Assembly: GCA_963815195.1 (NCBI GenBank)
Contig: CAWFGE010000018.1
Span: 96,001-160,000 of the forward strand
From: an uncultured Planctomycetaceae bacterium
GTDB lineage: Bacteria > Planctomycetota > Planctomycetia > Planctomycetales > Planctomycetaceae
Length of the DNA stretch: 64,000 nucleotides
Direction of reading: 5' to 3'
Numbering within the stretch: the stretch's first letter is position 1; each line of letters opens with the position of its first letter. Positions 21,177 through 30,868 of this stretch are shown here, piece by piece. The notes beneath the pieces were generated by a model. It saw only the letters and a program-made list of their open reading frames with translations. It was not told the DNA's origin and searched no databases. The translations under genes were made by a program, and so were the position numbers.

Positions 21177-22928
21177 TCACTCGTTCGTGGTGAGGCCGCC
21201 GGTGGTGACGCGGATTTGATTGGGCGCGATCTGGATGCTCAGATAGACCGCGTCCAGAATCTGGAGCACATCTTCCAGCCGCTTGAGGCGTTTCTCGGCC
21301 TCGTCGCGCGGCAGCGCGTGCGAGGCGACGGCTTGTTCCAGGAGAAAGTCGTGGTGTTCTGACACGAACTCGCGGATCGCCTGCCAGCTCACGAACAGCA
21401 CCTGGCCTTCCGGCGAAGTTTGCCGGCCGCTCCAGAGCCGATAGACGGGACTCGCCGTGAGTTTGGGTTCGGCGGGCGAAAGGAATTCCGCGATCACCTC
21501 GGGCGAGCTGGCGAAGATCAAATAGTCGGACGACACCGCATACGCGGGGCGATAAGGGCCGACGGATTCCACCCAATGCGTGTCGCCGGCGGCGTCTGGT
21601 TTGGATTTCACGACCGCGGGCGGATTCGATGTTTGCATCGCAGCCAGCAAGTTGAAGCCCGTGTTGAGCGCAGTTCCCGATCGCTTTGCGGACGGTGATG
21701 GGATCGTTGTCGGCCGGGGCGGGCGGAAGCTGGATCGCCAACAATCCTTCCACCGGGACCGCGTCTTTATCCAACGGTTCGCGGGGCACGAGATAGAAAC
21801 CCCAATTCGGGCGGAACTTGGGCAGGACATCGTCGAACAGGTCCATTCCCAACAAAAGCCCGCGAACAATCTGCCGGGCGTTCTGCCATTTTTGGCGGCT
21901 GGGTTCGTCCATCTTGGCGGTGGCGAGATGGTCGATGCCCGCCAAGTCCTGCTTACCCGCAAACACGACCAGCGCCGCGCGGGCACCTGGTTCAAGAACT
22001 GGGGAAACCCGCTCGTGCGGCTGACCAATTGCTGCCAGCGTTCGGGAAGGGCCGTCGGATCGTAGTGCAGCACCAAATCGACCGCCAATCCCTGGTTCGC
22101 CCGGAGGCCCACCGCCACGGCCCGGCAGCGTTTCCACAGCGCCGCCGCGAGTTGCTCAGGCTCCGTCTTGCCCTCCGCGATCGTCCAACCCGTCTTCCAG
22201 GCTTGGGGATCGAAATACACCGTCGCCAGGCAATCGGCGGCGAGGGACTCTTTCGCGAGCCGATAGTTCCCGTTCTCGCCGAGCGACGGTTCCTGCAACT
22301 GCCCCAGGTTGCGGCGGATGACGTCGCGAATCGCTTCCTCATCATCCGACAGGGCGAAGAGGTCGCCTTCGGCGAAATAGAACTGCGGGCGGCCGGCTTC
22401 GGGGTTTTTGCCTTTGAACTCGGTGCGGCGGAAGTATGGGGCTTTGGAAAACGTCAAGGGTTCCAGCTTGACCCGCTCGTCGCGGTTCCAGAGGGCAAGG
22501 GCGCTTTGGAGCGATTCGCTGCTCGCGGCTCTCAGCAAGAGCACGCCGGCCGGTTTGCCCGCCGGGCGCGGATACGCCGCGAACACCACCTGCTGCCCGA
22601 ACAAATTCAGAGCAAACCGGCCGAACGGCTGGCCGGTTTGGTGTTGGATATAACTGCGAACGTCCGTGAGTTTTTGAAACTCCCGGCTTTCTTTCCACGC
22701 GAGAAACACCGGAAGCTTCTCCACCCGATCGAGGAGCGCCGAATGCGTGAGTTCCGGGACCCGCCGATTCAGGTCGGAGACTTCCAGGCACAGCCCCGCA
22801 TTGGACCCGACAAACGAGAGCAACTCCCCATGCGAGGCTTTCGCCTGCCCAAAAGCCCCGTGCGGAATTCCCAATCCCAGAACGGAAACCCAACCGGCGA
22901 CAATGAGCAACGGGGAGCGTGTTAACAT
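21177..22928 (-). CDS. Secreted hypothetical protein (DUF3352-like) with two compensating frameshifts (~21975 and ~21675)
   Basis: Signal peptide; between the two points the natural-looking sequence (ALVVFAGKQDL...ITVRKAIG) lies in the overlapping frame. Confidence 0.6.
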   Translation of the reverse strand: MLTRSPLLIVAGWVSVLGLGIPHGAFGQAKASHGELLSFVGSNAGLCLEVSDLNRRVPELTHSALLDRVEKLPVFLAWKESREFQKLTDVRSYIQHQTGQPFGRFALNLFGQQVVFAAYPRPAGKPAGVLLLRAASSESLQSALALWNRDERVKLEPLTFSKAPYFRRTEFKGKNPEAGRPQFYFAEGDLFALSDDEEAIRDVIRRNLGQLQEPSLGENGNYRLAKESLAADCLATVYFDPQAWKTGWTIAEGKTEPEQLAAALWKRCRAVAVGLRANQGLAVDLVLHYDPTALPERWQQLVSRTSGFPQFLNQVPARRWSCLRVSRTWRASTISPPPRWTNPAAKNGRTPGRLFAGFCWEWTCSTMSCPSSARIGVSISCPANRWIKTRSRWKDCWRSSFRPPRPTTIPSPSAKRSGTALNTGFNLLAAMQTSNPPAVVKSKPDAAGDTHWVESVGPYRPAYAVSSDYLIFASSPEVIAEFLSPAEPKLTASPVYRLWSGRQTSPEGQVLFVSWQAIREFVSEHHDFLLEQAVASHALPRDEAEKRLKRLEDVLQILDAVYLSIQIAPNQIRVTTGGLTTNE

Positions 22929-23001
22929 GGTTTTGTTCTCGAAGGCAAAATTGGTGGCACGGACAGTCTGGCCGGTGCGGGTTCATTGATGGCAACGGCT
23001 T

Positions 23002-23811
23002 CTATAACCGGGAACCATCGCCCGGTAGGACATCCAGGAGAAAGCCCATGGCCTGGCCGACGTCGTGGCCGACCGGTTTCAGGCCCGCTCCGATTCCGTC
23101 CATCCATTGGGACGAGGACTTCGTTTCCGGGTTGGGGTGTTCGGATTGAGGAGACGGCGGCGATGACGGGCGGGGAACGAACACGGCGGCGCTCGCGAAC
23201 GAGTCGGCCGTGTCGCTGGCCAGCACCCCAAACGCCGACCCCGCGTCCTGAGCCAACGCCTGCCAATCCCGCTCGGCCCCGTCTGCTTCCGGCAGCGGAA
23301 CGGACGGATTTTTTTCAGCGAACGCAGGGGAATCGCCCTCGTTCGCCGGCGGCGATTGGGGATTTGTTTTGGAGACCAGGTGAGTGTCCGGCAAGTCGTC
23401 GCCGGCCGGCCTGGGAACGAAAAATACCACAACGCACGCCAGGGCCGTCGCCGCCGCCGCGAGCAGGATCGTCAAACCGGGACGGCCGTTGAATCGGCGG
23501 CCCGAATCCGAATGGGGCTTCGCCACGGCATGATTGGAGGCGGCCTGCTCTTCGCGCCAGCGGGCGATCACGGCATCGGCAAGATCGACCGCGGGGACGC
23601 TGTCTTTCCAGGCGGGCAGCACCCGCTCCAAGAGCGCGAACTCGTTCCACAAGGTTCGGCACGCGGGGCAGGCGTGCGCGTGGGAGCGGAGTTCCCGCCA
23701 CAGCGCCTCGTCGGACTCGGACGCCTCCGCGGACAACTCGACCGGCGAGCGGCGGTCTTCCACCGCCTCGGCCAACCGCTCTTCAAACTTCATGCAATTC
23801 AAATCGGGCAT
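23002..23811 (-). CDS. Zinc-binding anti-sigma factor (ZAS) with one TM helix
   Basis: HAHACPAC (HxxxCxxC), TM LTILLAAAATALACVVVFFV; overlaps the ECF sigma stop. Confidence 0.8.
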   Translation of the reverse strand: MPDLNCMKFEERLAEAVEDRRSPVELSAEASESDEALWRELRSHAHACPACRTLWNEFALLERVLPAWKDSVPAVDLADAVIARWREEQAASNHAVAKPHSDSGRRFNGRPGLTILLAAAATALACVVVFFVPRPAGDDLPDTHLVSKTNPQSPPANEGDSPAFAEKNPSVPLPEADGAERDWQALAQDAGSAFGVLASDTADSFASAAVFVPRPSSPPSPQSEHPNPETKSSSQWMDGIGAGLKPVGHDVGQAMGFLLDVLPGDGSRL

Positions 23812-24370
23812 CGGGTACGACTCCTCGGCGCTCCAGAAACTCGGCCAGTTCCCTTCGGGCGCGGTGCAGCCACGTCTTCACCGTGCCCGGCGGGCGGTTC
23901 AAAACTTCGCTGACTTCCGTCAGGCTCAATTCCTGCTGATGAAACAAAATGATGCAAGTCCGGTACTCTTCGCGAAGCTGCTCGAGAGCCAACTGCAATT
24001 CCTCCCCGAGCGCGTCGCTCTCTTCGTGGACATCGCGGCAGGATTCGTTGGAGACGAACTCCGTGGGCGTCGGGCGGCGGTTGCGTTTCATAAGAGCGGT
24101 CCGGCAGCGATTGGCGGCAATCGTCAACAACCACGGCTTGAACGGCCGCGTCGAATCCCAGGTGTGCAAACTGCGAAACGTGCGGACGAAAACATCCTGG
24201 GCCACGTCCTCGGCGTCCTCGCGGTGGCCGAGCATCCGAAAACACAGCCCGAACACCGCCCCTTGAAAACGTTCCACGAGACAGCGCATGCTGGCTTCAT
24301 CACCGCCGAGGCAGCATTCTACGAGTGTCGCATCATCATCGGCCACAAGCACCTCGCCCCGCGATGTCAA
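23783..24370 (-). CDS. ECF RNA polymerase sigma factor (SigW/RpoE-like)
   Basis: AEDVAQDVFVR, FKPWLLTIAANRC, region 4 GTVKTWLHRAR; true start may be GTG near 24344. Confidence 0.9.
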   Translation of the reverse strand: MTSRGEVLVADDDATLVECCLGGDEASMRCLVERFQGAVFGLCFRMLGHREDAEDVAQDVFVRTFRSLHTWDSTRPFKPWLLTIAANRCRTALMKRNRRPTPTEFVSNESCRDVHEESDALGEELQLALEQLREEYRTCIILFHQQELSLTEVSEVLNRPPGTVKTWLHRARRELAEFLERRGVVPDARFELHEV

Positions 24371-24416
24371 CTCTGTCTCAAAAAAACGCCTCCTTGCAGC
24401 GATCCTTCAAGGGAAA

Positions 24417-24444
24417 TTACCCCAGGCCCGCCCGGAGGGTTTCA
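24417..24444 (-). promoter_or_regulatory. Possible ECF-type autoregulatory promoter
   Basis: Minus strand TGAAAC-N17-GGTAA upstream of the ECF sigma gene. Confidence 0.3.
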
Positions 24445-24450
24445 AAAGAA

Positions 24451-24493
24451 ATGACCAATGGAATTGACCAATGACCAAGCCCCAATGACCAAA
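24451..24493. repeat. Short tgaccaa/ccaatga heptamer-type repeat tract
   Basis: atgaccaatggaattgaccaatgaccaagccccaatgaccaa. Confidence 0.7.
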
Positions 24494-24587
24494 AAAGGCA
24501 AGCGTGGGACGAACGTCCCCTGATCTTCCCAAACGCCAGGACATTCTCGTGAACGACGAGATCACGGGGCTGACGCCCCGCGCTCGC

Positions 24588-25592
24588 CTAGGCCTGCGGG
24601 TTGCCCTTGTTGCGGTAGCGGTCGCTCGCGCGGGCCAGTTGGCGTTTTTCCGATTCGGACAGCGAATCCATCCCGTGCTGATGAACCTTGTCCAACAGCG
24701 CATCCAGCAGGCGTTCGTTTTCGAGTTCCTTTTCCGCTTGCCGGCGGGCTTTTTCTTCCCGGCGGCGCTGCCGCCACCGCTGCCAGAATCCCGGCGGGCG
24801 TTCCGTCGGGGTTTCCGACTGCTCCAGGCTCGTGTAGCCTTGGGAAAAGTCGTAGCCCATGAACGACTCGTCGTAATGGTCGGCCTGCTGCAATTGATGG
24901 CGTTCGATCAGGCTGGCGATGAACACGATCGCCCCCATCAACACCAGCCACGCCCATTCCACGAAGACGCCGATCACCATCGCGATCACGCCCACGATGA
25001 ACCCCACGACCACCGACAGTTCGATCGCCCGCCGGGGGCCCATCCGCATGGTGGCGATGCTCCGCAGCATGTGCCCGCCGTCCAAGGGCATCACCGGGAC
25101 CAGATTCACGAGCAGCAGCACCCAGTTCAGACAGAACGTGAGCACCACGAGATCGCGGATCAGATGATTTCCAAAATGCAGCGTCGGCAACACAAACGGG
25201 TTGAGCGAATCCTTGAGAAAGTCGTTTTGGAACGCGGTGTAAAATGTCAGCGCACAGAGCGCGACGTTGACCAAAGGTCCGCCGCCGGTGGTGAGCAGTT
25301 GCGATTTCATGGTGTTGGCGGGGCGGACGAAGGCGAGGCCTCCCAAAGGCCACAGGAGGATTTCATTCCCCGAGCCGCCGGTGAGCCGGGCTCCCGCGAT
25401 ATGGCCGAACTCGTGGAGCAGCACGCTCACCACGAGCACACAAGAGACCGCCACGCCCATCTCGAGACTGAACCCGGGCTTGATGAGAAAATACGCGATC
25501 AAGATCGGGAAGAACCAACTGATGCGGACCTGGACTCCGAACCAGTTGCCCAACGGGAAGGACCAAAATGCGATGCTGTCCTGGTGATTCAT
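24588..25592 (-). CDS. Site-2 protease (peptidase M50) with C-terminal DUF6576-like domain
   Basis: HEFGH, NLVPVMPLDGG, multiple TM helices, LDALLDKVHQHGMDSLSESEK. Confidence 0.9.
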   Translation of the reverse strand: MNHQDSIAFWSFPLGNWFGVQVRISWFFPILIAYFLIKPGFSLEMGVAVSCVLVVSVLLHEFGHIAGARLTGGSGNEILLWPLGGLAFVRPANTMKSQLLTTGGGPLVNVALCALTFYTAFQNDFLKDSLNPFVLPTLHFGNHLIRDLVVLTFCLNWVLLLVNLVPVMPLDGGHMLRSIATMRMGPRRAIELSVVVGFIVGVIAMVIGVFVEWAWLVLMGAIVFIASLIERHQLQQADHYDESFMGYDFSQGYTSLEQSETPTERPPGFWQRWRQRRREEKARRQAEKELENERLLDALLDKVHQHGMDSLSESEKRQLARASDRYRNKGNPQA

Positions 25593-25725
25593 GGAGAAGG
25601 GCCGCTCTTCCGATGTGAGGAGTTTTCAAAATCACCGCGGGGGACCTGCGCACGGCGATCTCAAAATTTTACCACTCAAAAAACCCGCCCGCAATTCTTG
25701 TTCTCCGCGAGCGGGGCGGCATGCG

Positions 25726-25760
25726 GAAAACCCCGCATTCCCGGAGGAATGCGGGGTTTT
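25726..25760. terminator. Hairpin, likely terminator
   Basis: gaaaaccccgcattcc-cgga-ggaatgcggggtttt downstream of the 25804-27111 gene. Confidence 0.55.
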
Positions 25761-25803
25761 GGCAAAACTTGAGGATCCGGCCCGGAAAAGCCGGTTTTTC
25801 AGG

Positions 25804-27111
25804 CTAAAACTGCAAACCCGCGCGGCCGATGAATCCGGGATTCACATCGAACGCAGGGGTGCCTCTCAGAAACTGCACTTCCCGGCTGAAGACCACGCCG
25901 GCTTCAAAAAAGGCCGACACTCCGTAGGGATTCACCGTCCGCAGACCGCCCAGCACCCGCCAGTCGCGGTACTGGATTTGATCGTTGTAGGGATGGTCGA
26001 CGCCGGCGAACCGGATCGGCTGGCGCTGGATTTGGTAGGATTCCACATGGTATTCGCCGCGGAGGTACGCCCATTTCGCGATCCCGCCGCCGTCGCTGAT
26101 CAGGAAACTGATCCGCGGATTGGGGAACACGAGAATGTATTCCCGCCGCGGGCTGGGCCGGCGGATCACGCCGATGTAAGGCAGAATGATGTCGTCCACG
26201 CGGTCCCAATACAAGACCCCGCCGACCAACGTGGTTTGCGGCGAAACGCGGTGGAACATGACCGCCCGCGCGTCCAGGTTCCAGGCCGTGCTGGACAGGG
26301 AACTGTTGAAGTCGGTGTTGATCGACGGGTTGAAACCCACCTGGTACACCACCGGGTTGTCCACCGGCGTCGTCAATTCAAAATCGGTGCCGAAGTGGTG
26401 CAAGCTTCCCGGCAGATCGATGGCGTTTTGGTAGAGATTGCCGGCATTGATCGGCGACGCGTTGTTGGGGCCGTTCCAAGACCGGAGCCCGTATTGGAAG
26501 GTGTAGGAAAAGATCGACCGGTCAAAAATTGGAAACGTGTATTCCCCGGCATAATCGAACTCGAAAATCCCCAGATTTCCCAGTTGCGATCCGTAGTTTT
26601 TGTCGCGTTCGGTGTCCATCACCGGGAGCATGCCGAAGTTCAGGCGATGCGTCACCCCGAAACGGTAGGGCTGGAGGCCGTTGATCGAATAGGACACGGG
26701 CAACAGTCCCGGCGGGTCGGAAACCTGCGTCAGCGGGACCACATTCTCGCTTCCGCCCATAAACGGATCGGACGTAAACGGATCGGTGCTAAACGGAGCC
26801 GACGGCTGCGAGGGCGGCAGGACCGGCGCATAGTTCGGCACGGGCGACCCCCCGGGAATCCCGCCGTCCGGCACGACCATGCCCGGCGAAAAGGTGGGGG
26901 GCGGCGCAGTTTGCAACGGAATGCCCGGCTGAACCGGGCCGCCCAAGGTCGGGCCTTGGGCATAAACCGGCATCGATTGGTAGAACGGATCGGGACTTTG
27001 CGCCCGAACCACGCGCTCGAACCGCGGTGAAGGGGAAGACACGCTGGGAATCGCGGGATCCGCCGGCGGGGCAGTCAGCGCGCTGACGAGACAGAGAAAG
27101 GTTGCGTTCAC
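25804..27111 (-). CDS. Exported hypothetical protein, probable outer-membrane beta-barrel with Pro-rich N-terminus
   Basis: Signal-like N-terminus, Pro-rich linker, aromatic-rich amphipathic strands, C-terminal GRAGLQF. Confidence 0.6.
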   Translation of the reverse strand: MNATFLCLVSALTAPPADPAIPSVSSPSPRFERVVRAQSPDPFYQSMPVYAQGPTLGGPVQPGIPLQTAPPPTFSPGMVVPDGGIPGGSPVPNYAPVLPPSQPSAPFSTDPFTSDPFMGGSENVVPLTQVSDPPGLLPVSYSINGLQPYRFGVTHRLNFGMLPVMDTERDKNYGSQLGNLGIFEFDYAGEYTFPIFDRSIFSYTFQYGLRSWNGPNNASPINAGNLYQNAIDLPGSLHHFGTDFELTTPVDNPVVYQVGFNPSINTDFNSSLSSTAWNLDARAVMFHRVSPQTTLVGGVLYWDRVDDIILPYIGVIRRPSPRREYILVFPNPRISFLISDGGGIAKWAYLRGEYHVESYQIQRQPIRFAGVDHPYNDQIQYRDWRVLGGLRTVNPYGVSAFFEAGVVFSREVQFLRGTPAFDVNPGFIGRAGLQF

Positions 27112-27285
27112 GGCACAGCCTATTGCGGAAAGGAGAGATGGAGTTGAAAGGCGTTAAAACCGACCGGATCGGTCGATGAGTGAGAGGTGGCGGGATTCTC
27201 CACAACTCCCGAAATCCGTCAAGACCAACTCTTGAGGAAATGTTCCGCATTTCCACCGTTTTCAAAGATTTTTCCGCCGCGCACA

Positions 27286-27335
27286 AAATGGGGACAGGCA
27301 CTATTTCCCTACGGAAACGGTGCCTGTCCCCATTT
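27286..27335. repeat. REP-like hairpin with perfect 16-bp arms
   Basis: aaatggggacaggcac (27286-27301) / gtgcctgtccccattt (27320-27335). Confidence 0.8.
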
Positions 27336-27454
27336 CTCAAACCCGCTGGTTTCTCGTTCTCTCCCCTTCCCCCAAACTCCCTTTCTTCCCTTCTTTCCAA
27401 AAAAGGGAAAACATCGGAACGAGCAAAAGGCGGATCCAACAAGATGCGGGACGT

Positions 27455-27691
27455 TTATTTATGGTATCCGAGGTCCTCGATGACCCGGTACAACTCGGCA
27501 TAGGTGATGAATCGCCGGCGGTGCTGGAGCTTGTAGCAATCGACCGCCTGGGCCAATTCGGCCACTTCCGGGCGTTCCGAATCGTGCGAGTTTTGGAATT
27601 GACGCCGTTCGGGTCCGTCCGGCCGCTTGCCCGGTTCGCTCGTTCGGCGATCCACAAACGGGGCAGGCTTCTGCTCTAGAGTCTGATTCAT
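27455..27691 (-). CDS. Small hypothetical protein (78 aa)
   Basis: ATG 27691 with GGAG upstream; FVDRR..ERRQF..ELAQAVDCYKLQHRRRFITYAELYRVIEDLGY resembles a conserved Planctomycete small protein. Confidence 0.65.
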   Translation of the reverse strand: MNQTLEQKPAPFVDRRTSEPGKRPDGPERRQFQNSHDSERPEVAELAQAVDCYKLQHRRRFITYAELYRVIEDLGYHK

Positions 27692-27889
27692 TAGACTACT
27701 CCAAAAGGGAAAGGAAATTCTGAAGAAACCTAATCTCCGAAACCTGTACGGGCAAATAAATTCCCCGGTCAAACTGCGGGGTTTCCGAAAAAAAGCGGAT
27801 TTCTCAGGGAAATTCCGAACACAGCCGCTCGGGGGTTTTGCCGGTCCGATTCTGTCGCTTCTTAAACCGTCTCCCACGATCGAATCCCG

Positions 27890-28885
27890 ATGTCCACCAA
27901 AATCACTATTTTGGGTAACGGGGCGATGGCCACCGCCTGTGCGATTCTGCTCAGCGAGAATCCCGAACAGCGCGTGGCCATGTGGACCCGCAACCCCGCC
28001 TATGCCGAGGAAATCTCCCGCGACCGGGAAAACCGCCGGCTCTTGCCCGGCGTCCCGCTGCCCGAATCGCTGGAAGTCACCGGGGACATCGACCAGGCCA
28101 TCGAGGGGGCGGAGTTTCTGATCGCCGCGATCCCCACGAAATATCTGCGGTCGGCTTTGATGCAGTTGGCACCGAGCCTCAAAGGCGACCGGCCGGTCGT
28201 CAGCGTGATCAAAGGCCTCGAAAACCAAACCTTCATGCGGCCCAGCGAAATCATCGAAGACGTCCTGGGCAGCCGGGCGGTCGTCGCATTGGGGGGCCCG
28301 AGCCATGCCGAGGAAATCTCCCGCCGGCTTCCCGCGAGCGTGGTCGCCGCCAGCGGCGATGTCGCCTTGGCCAAGACCGTGCAGGAGATGTTTACGACCG
28401 ACCGCTTCCGCGTTTACACGAACCAGGACATCATCGGCGTCGAACTCGCCGGGGCGCTCAAGAACATCATCGCCATCGCCGCGGGCATCTCCGACGGCCT
28501 CAAATACGGCGACAACGCCAAGTCCGCCCTGGTCACGCGGGGGCTGGTCGAGATCACCCGCTTCGGCGAATCCCTGGGAGCCGAGCCGTTGACGTTCTCC
28601 GGCCTCGCGGGCATGGGGGATTTGATCACGACCTGCACCAGCCGCTACAGCCGAAACCGCATGGTCGGCGAACGGTTGGGCCAAGGCGAAAACCTCAACG
28701 ACATTCTCAATTCGATGCGCGGCGTCGCCGAGGGCGTGACCACGACCAGCAGCGTTTACGAACTCGCCGAGAAAATGGCGATCGACATGCCCATCACGCA
28801 GGAAGTCTACCGCGTGCTCTTCGAGGAAAAATCCCCCGAAGAAGCCACCAACACCCTCATGCTCCGCCCCCCGCGCGATGAATGA
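27890..28885 (+). CDS. gpsA: NAD(P)H-dependent glycerol-3-phosphate dehydrogenase
   Basis: GNGAMA Rossmann, GGPSHAEE, GVELAGALKN, GLAGMGDLITTC, SRNR. Confidence 0.95.
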   Translation: MSTKITILGNGAMATACAILLSENPEQRVAMWTRNPAYAEEISRDRENRRLLPGVPLPESLEVTGDIDQAIEGAEFLIAAIPTKYLRSALMQLAPSLKGDRPVVSVIKGLENQTFMRPSEIIEDVLGSRAVVALGGPSHAEEISRRLPASVVAASGDVALAKTVQEMFTTDRFRVYTNQDIIGVELAGALKNIIAIAAGISDGLKYGDNAKSALVTRGLVEITRFGESLGAEPLTFSGLAGMGDLITTCTSRYSRNRMVGERLGQGENLNDILNSMRGVAEGVTTTSSVYELAEKMAIDMPITQEVYRVLFEEKSPEEATNTLMLRPPRDE

Positions 28886-28986
28886 GTGATCCGCCGATGT
28901 CGAATCGTTCGCTTCTAATTCGACTCGAGAAAGCGATAGAGGACGTCGAGCACCATCGAATCGAGTTCGGTGAGTTATAGACGGTT

Positions 28987-29128
28987 GGGTGGCTGGGGCG
29001 CAATTTCCCCTTTGAATCAAGTTTGAATTGCGAATGCTGGGGCTGTGGACGAACAATAAAAAGGTCACACGGCCCCAGCACTCAAATCGCGGTTTTTGCT
29101 CGGGCCATTTTTTGCGCCCCAGCCACCC
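28987..29128. repeat. Nested-palindrome MITE/REP-like element, family B copy 1
   Basis: Perfect 17-bp terminal IR gggtggctggggcgcaa / ttgcgccccagccaccc plus inner stem tgctggggctgtg / cacggccccagca. Confidence 0.8.
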
Positions 29129-29164
29129 CTCCGCTACGGACGCTGATCGCAGTGTGTGCAGAAA

Positions 29165-30838
29165 TCACAACCGGCCGCTGCGGAAGATGCCGTAGATCAG
29201 CCAGACGCCGAGGAGACTGGACACCGTAAACACGGGGACGCTGATCCACAGGGTCAGGGTCGCGCCGCCGGAGATGACGAGGGCCGAGGCGACGATCAGC
29301 GAGGCGAGGACCATGCCGATGACGAGGCGGTTGCTCGAGCGGTCGATTTCGGTCATCAGGTTCTCGACCCCGCGGTGTTCGAACTGGATGCGAAATTCGT
29401 CGTCGCTGAGCTTTTCGATCGTGCGGGCGATTTGCAGCGGGGTGTCGTGGAGCAGGCGTGCGAAGGTGCGGGCCTCGGCGTAGATGCGGTGGATGAGCCG
29501 CTGCGGATTGTACCGCTCGCGCACGACGTTCTCGATGAACGGGGCCAGGTGCTCGGCGAGGTTGAATTCCGGATCGAGGTCGCGGCCCACGCCTTCCAAA
29601 GTGACGATGGCCCGGACCAAGAGCATCAAATCGCTGGGAAAGCGGATGCCGTGATGGGCGACCATGCTCACGAAGTCCGAGAGCATTCGCCCGACTTTCA
29701 CGCGATCGAGCGGCATGCCGTAGTAGTTCTCGATAAAATCCCGCAGGTCCGCGCGGAGCACGGGCAGATCGACGGGCCTCCAGGCCTCGCCGAGGACGAG
29801 CATCGTATCCACGGCCAGGTTCACGTCGCGGTGGTGGATGGCGAGGATCAGATCGACGAGGGTCTCGCGCATGTCCTCGTCCAGCGTCCCGACCATGCCG
29901 TAATCGAGCAGGCAGATCGTCCCGTCCCGCAGGATGCGGATGTTGCCGGGATGCGGATCGCCGTGAAACACGCCCAGCTCGAACGCCTGCTTCATAAAGA
30001 TTTTCGCCCCGTTGGCGGCGAGCGGCCGCGTGGCGAGGCCCATCTCCTCGAGGGCGGCTTTGTCGTCGATCCGGCAGCCGCACACGAAGCCCATCGTCAG
30101 CACCGCTTCGGTGGTCAGGTCTTCGTAAACCGTGGGGACGACGAGCGTGGCGTCGTCCCGGAACATCCGCGCGAACTCGTTGATCGTCCGGCATTCGCGG
30201 AGGAAATTCATCTCCCGCCGAATCGTCCGCGCAAATTGATTCACCAGCCCGACCGGGTCGAAGGTCTGGGCTTCGGGAATGTGCCGCTCGAAGAGCAAGG
30301 CGAGATCCGTCATCAGCGCGATATCGGTTTCCACGTCGCGGATGACGTTGGGCCGGCGGATCTTTACCGCGACCCGGGTGCCGTCGTGATGCACCGCCTG
30401 ATGCACCTGGGCCAGCGAACCGGCGGCGATGGGGATGGGGTCGAACTCCTGAAACAGCTCCGTCGCGCTCGCCCCGAACTCATCGAGCAAAACCTGCATC
30501 GAGACATCCGACGGAAAGGCCGGCACCGATTCCTGCAGCTTCGAGAGTTCGGAAATGACATCCGCCGGCAACACGTCCGGGCGGGTGCTCATCACCTGGC
30601 CGAACTTGATGTAGGTCGCCCCCAGGCTTTCGAGCGCGAGGCGGATCCGCTCGGCCCGGCTGTGGCGGGGGGCGGCTTCATCCATCTTCCGCCAGAACAA
30701 GATCCGCTTGCCCCATTGCACGTAAGGCGCGAGGTGCAAGCGCTCGATGACGTCGCCGAACCCGTGCATCAACAGCACGGTCGCAATCTGCCGGCTGCGG
30801 CCCAAATTCTTCAACAAGCGAAACGGGCGCGGCTCCAA
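29165..30838 (-). CDS. ABC1/UbiB/AarF-family atypical protein kinase
   Basis: LGATYIKFGQ, AAGSLAQVH, VAVKIRRP, FHGDPHPGN, LLDYGM; C-terminal TMs. Confidence 0.92.
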   Translation of the reverse strand: MEPRPFRLLKNLGRSRQIATVLLMHGFGDVIERLHLAPYVQWGKRILFWRKMDEAAPRHSRAERIRLALESLGATYIKFGQVMSTRPDVLPADVISELSKLQESVPAFPSDVSMQVLLDEFGASATELFQEFDPIPIAAGSLAQVHQAVHHDGTRVAVKIRRPNVIRDVETDIALMTDLALLFERHIPEAQTFDPVGLVNQFARTIRREMNFLRECRTINEFARMFRDDATLVVPTVYEDLTTEAVLTMGFVCGCRIDDKAALEEMGLATRPLAANGAKIFMKQAFELGVFHGDPHPGNIRILRDGTICLLDYGMVGTLDEDMRETLVDLILAIHHRDVNLAVDTMLVLGEAWRPVDLPVLRADLRDFIENYYGMPLDRVKVGRMLSDFVSMVAHHGIRFPSDLMLLVRAIVTLEGVGRDLDPEFNLAEHLAPFIENVVRERYNPQRLIHRIYAEARTFARLLHDTPLQIARTIEKLSDDEFRIQFEHRGVENLMTEIDRSSNRLVIGMVLASLIVASALVISGGATLTLWISVPVFTVSSLLGVWLIYGIFRSGRL

Positions 30839-30868
30839 AACAATCTCCCCCCTCCGAACGCGTCGGAA

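Noticed and set aside
27455..29068. 537-aa minus-strand ORF
   Set aside because: Mostly antisense to gpsA; only the last 78 codons (from ATG 27691) look like a real gene
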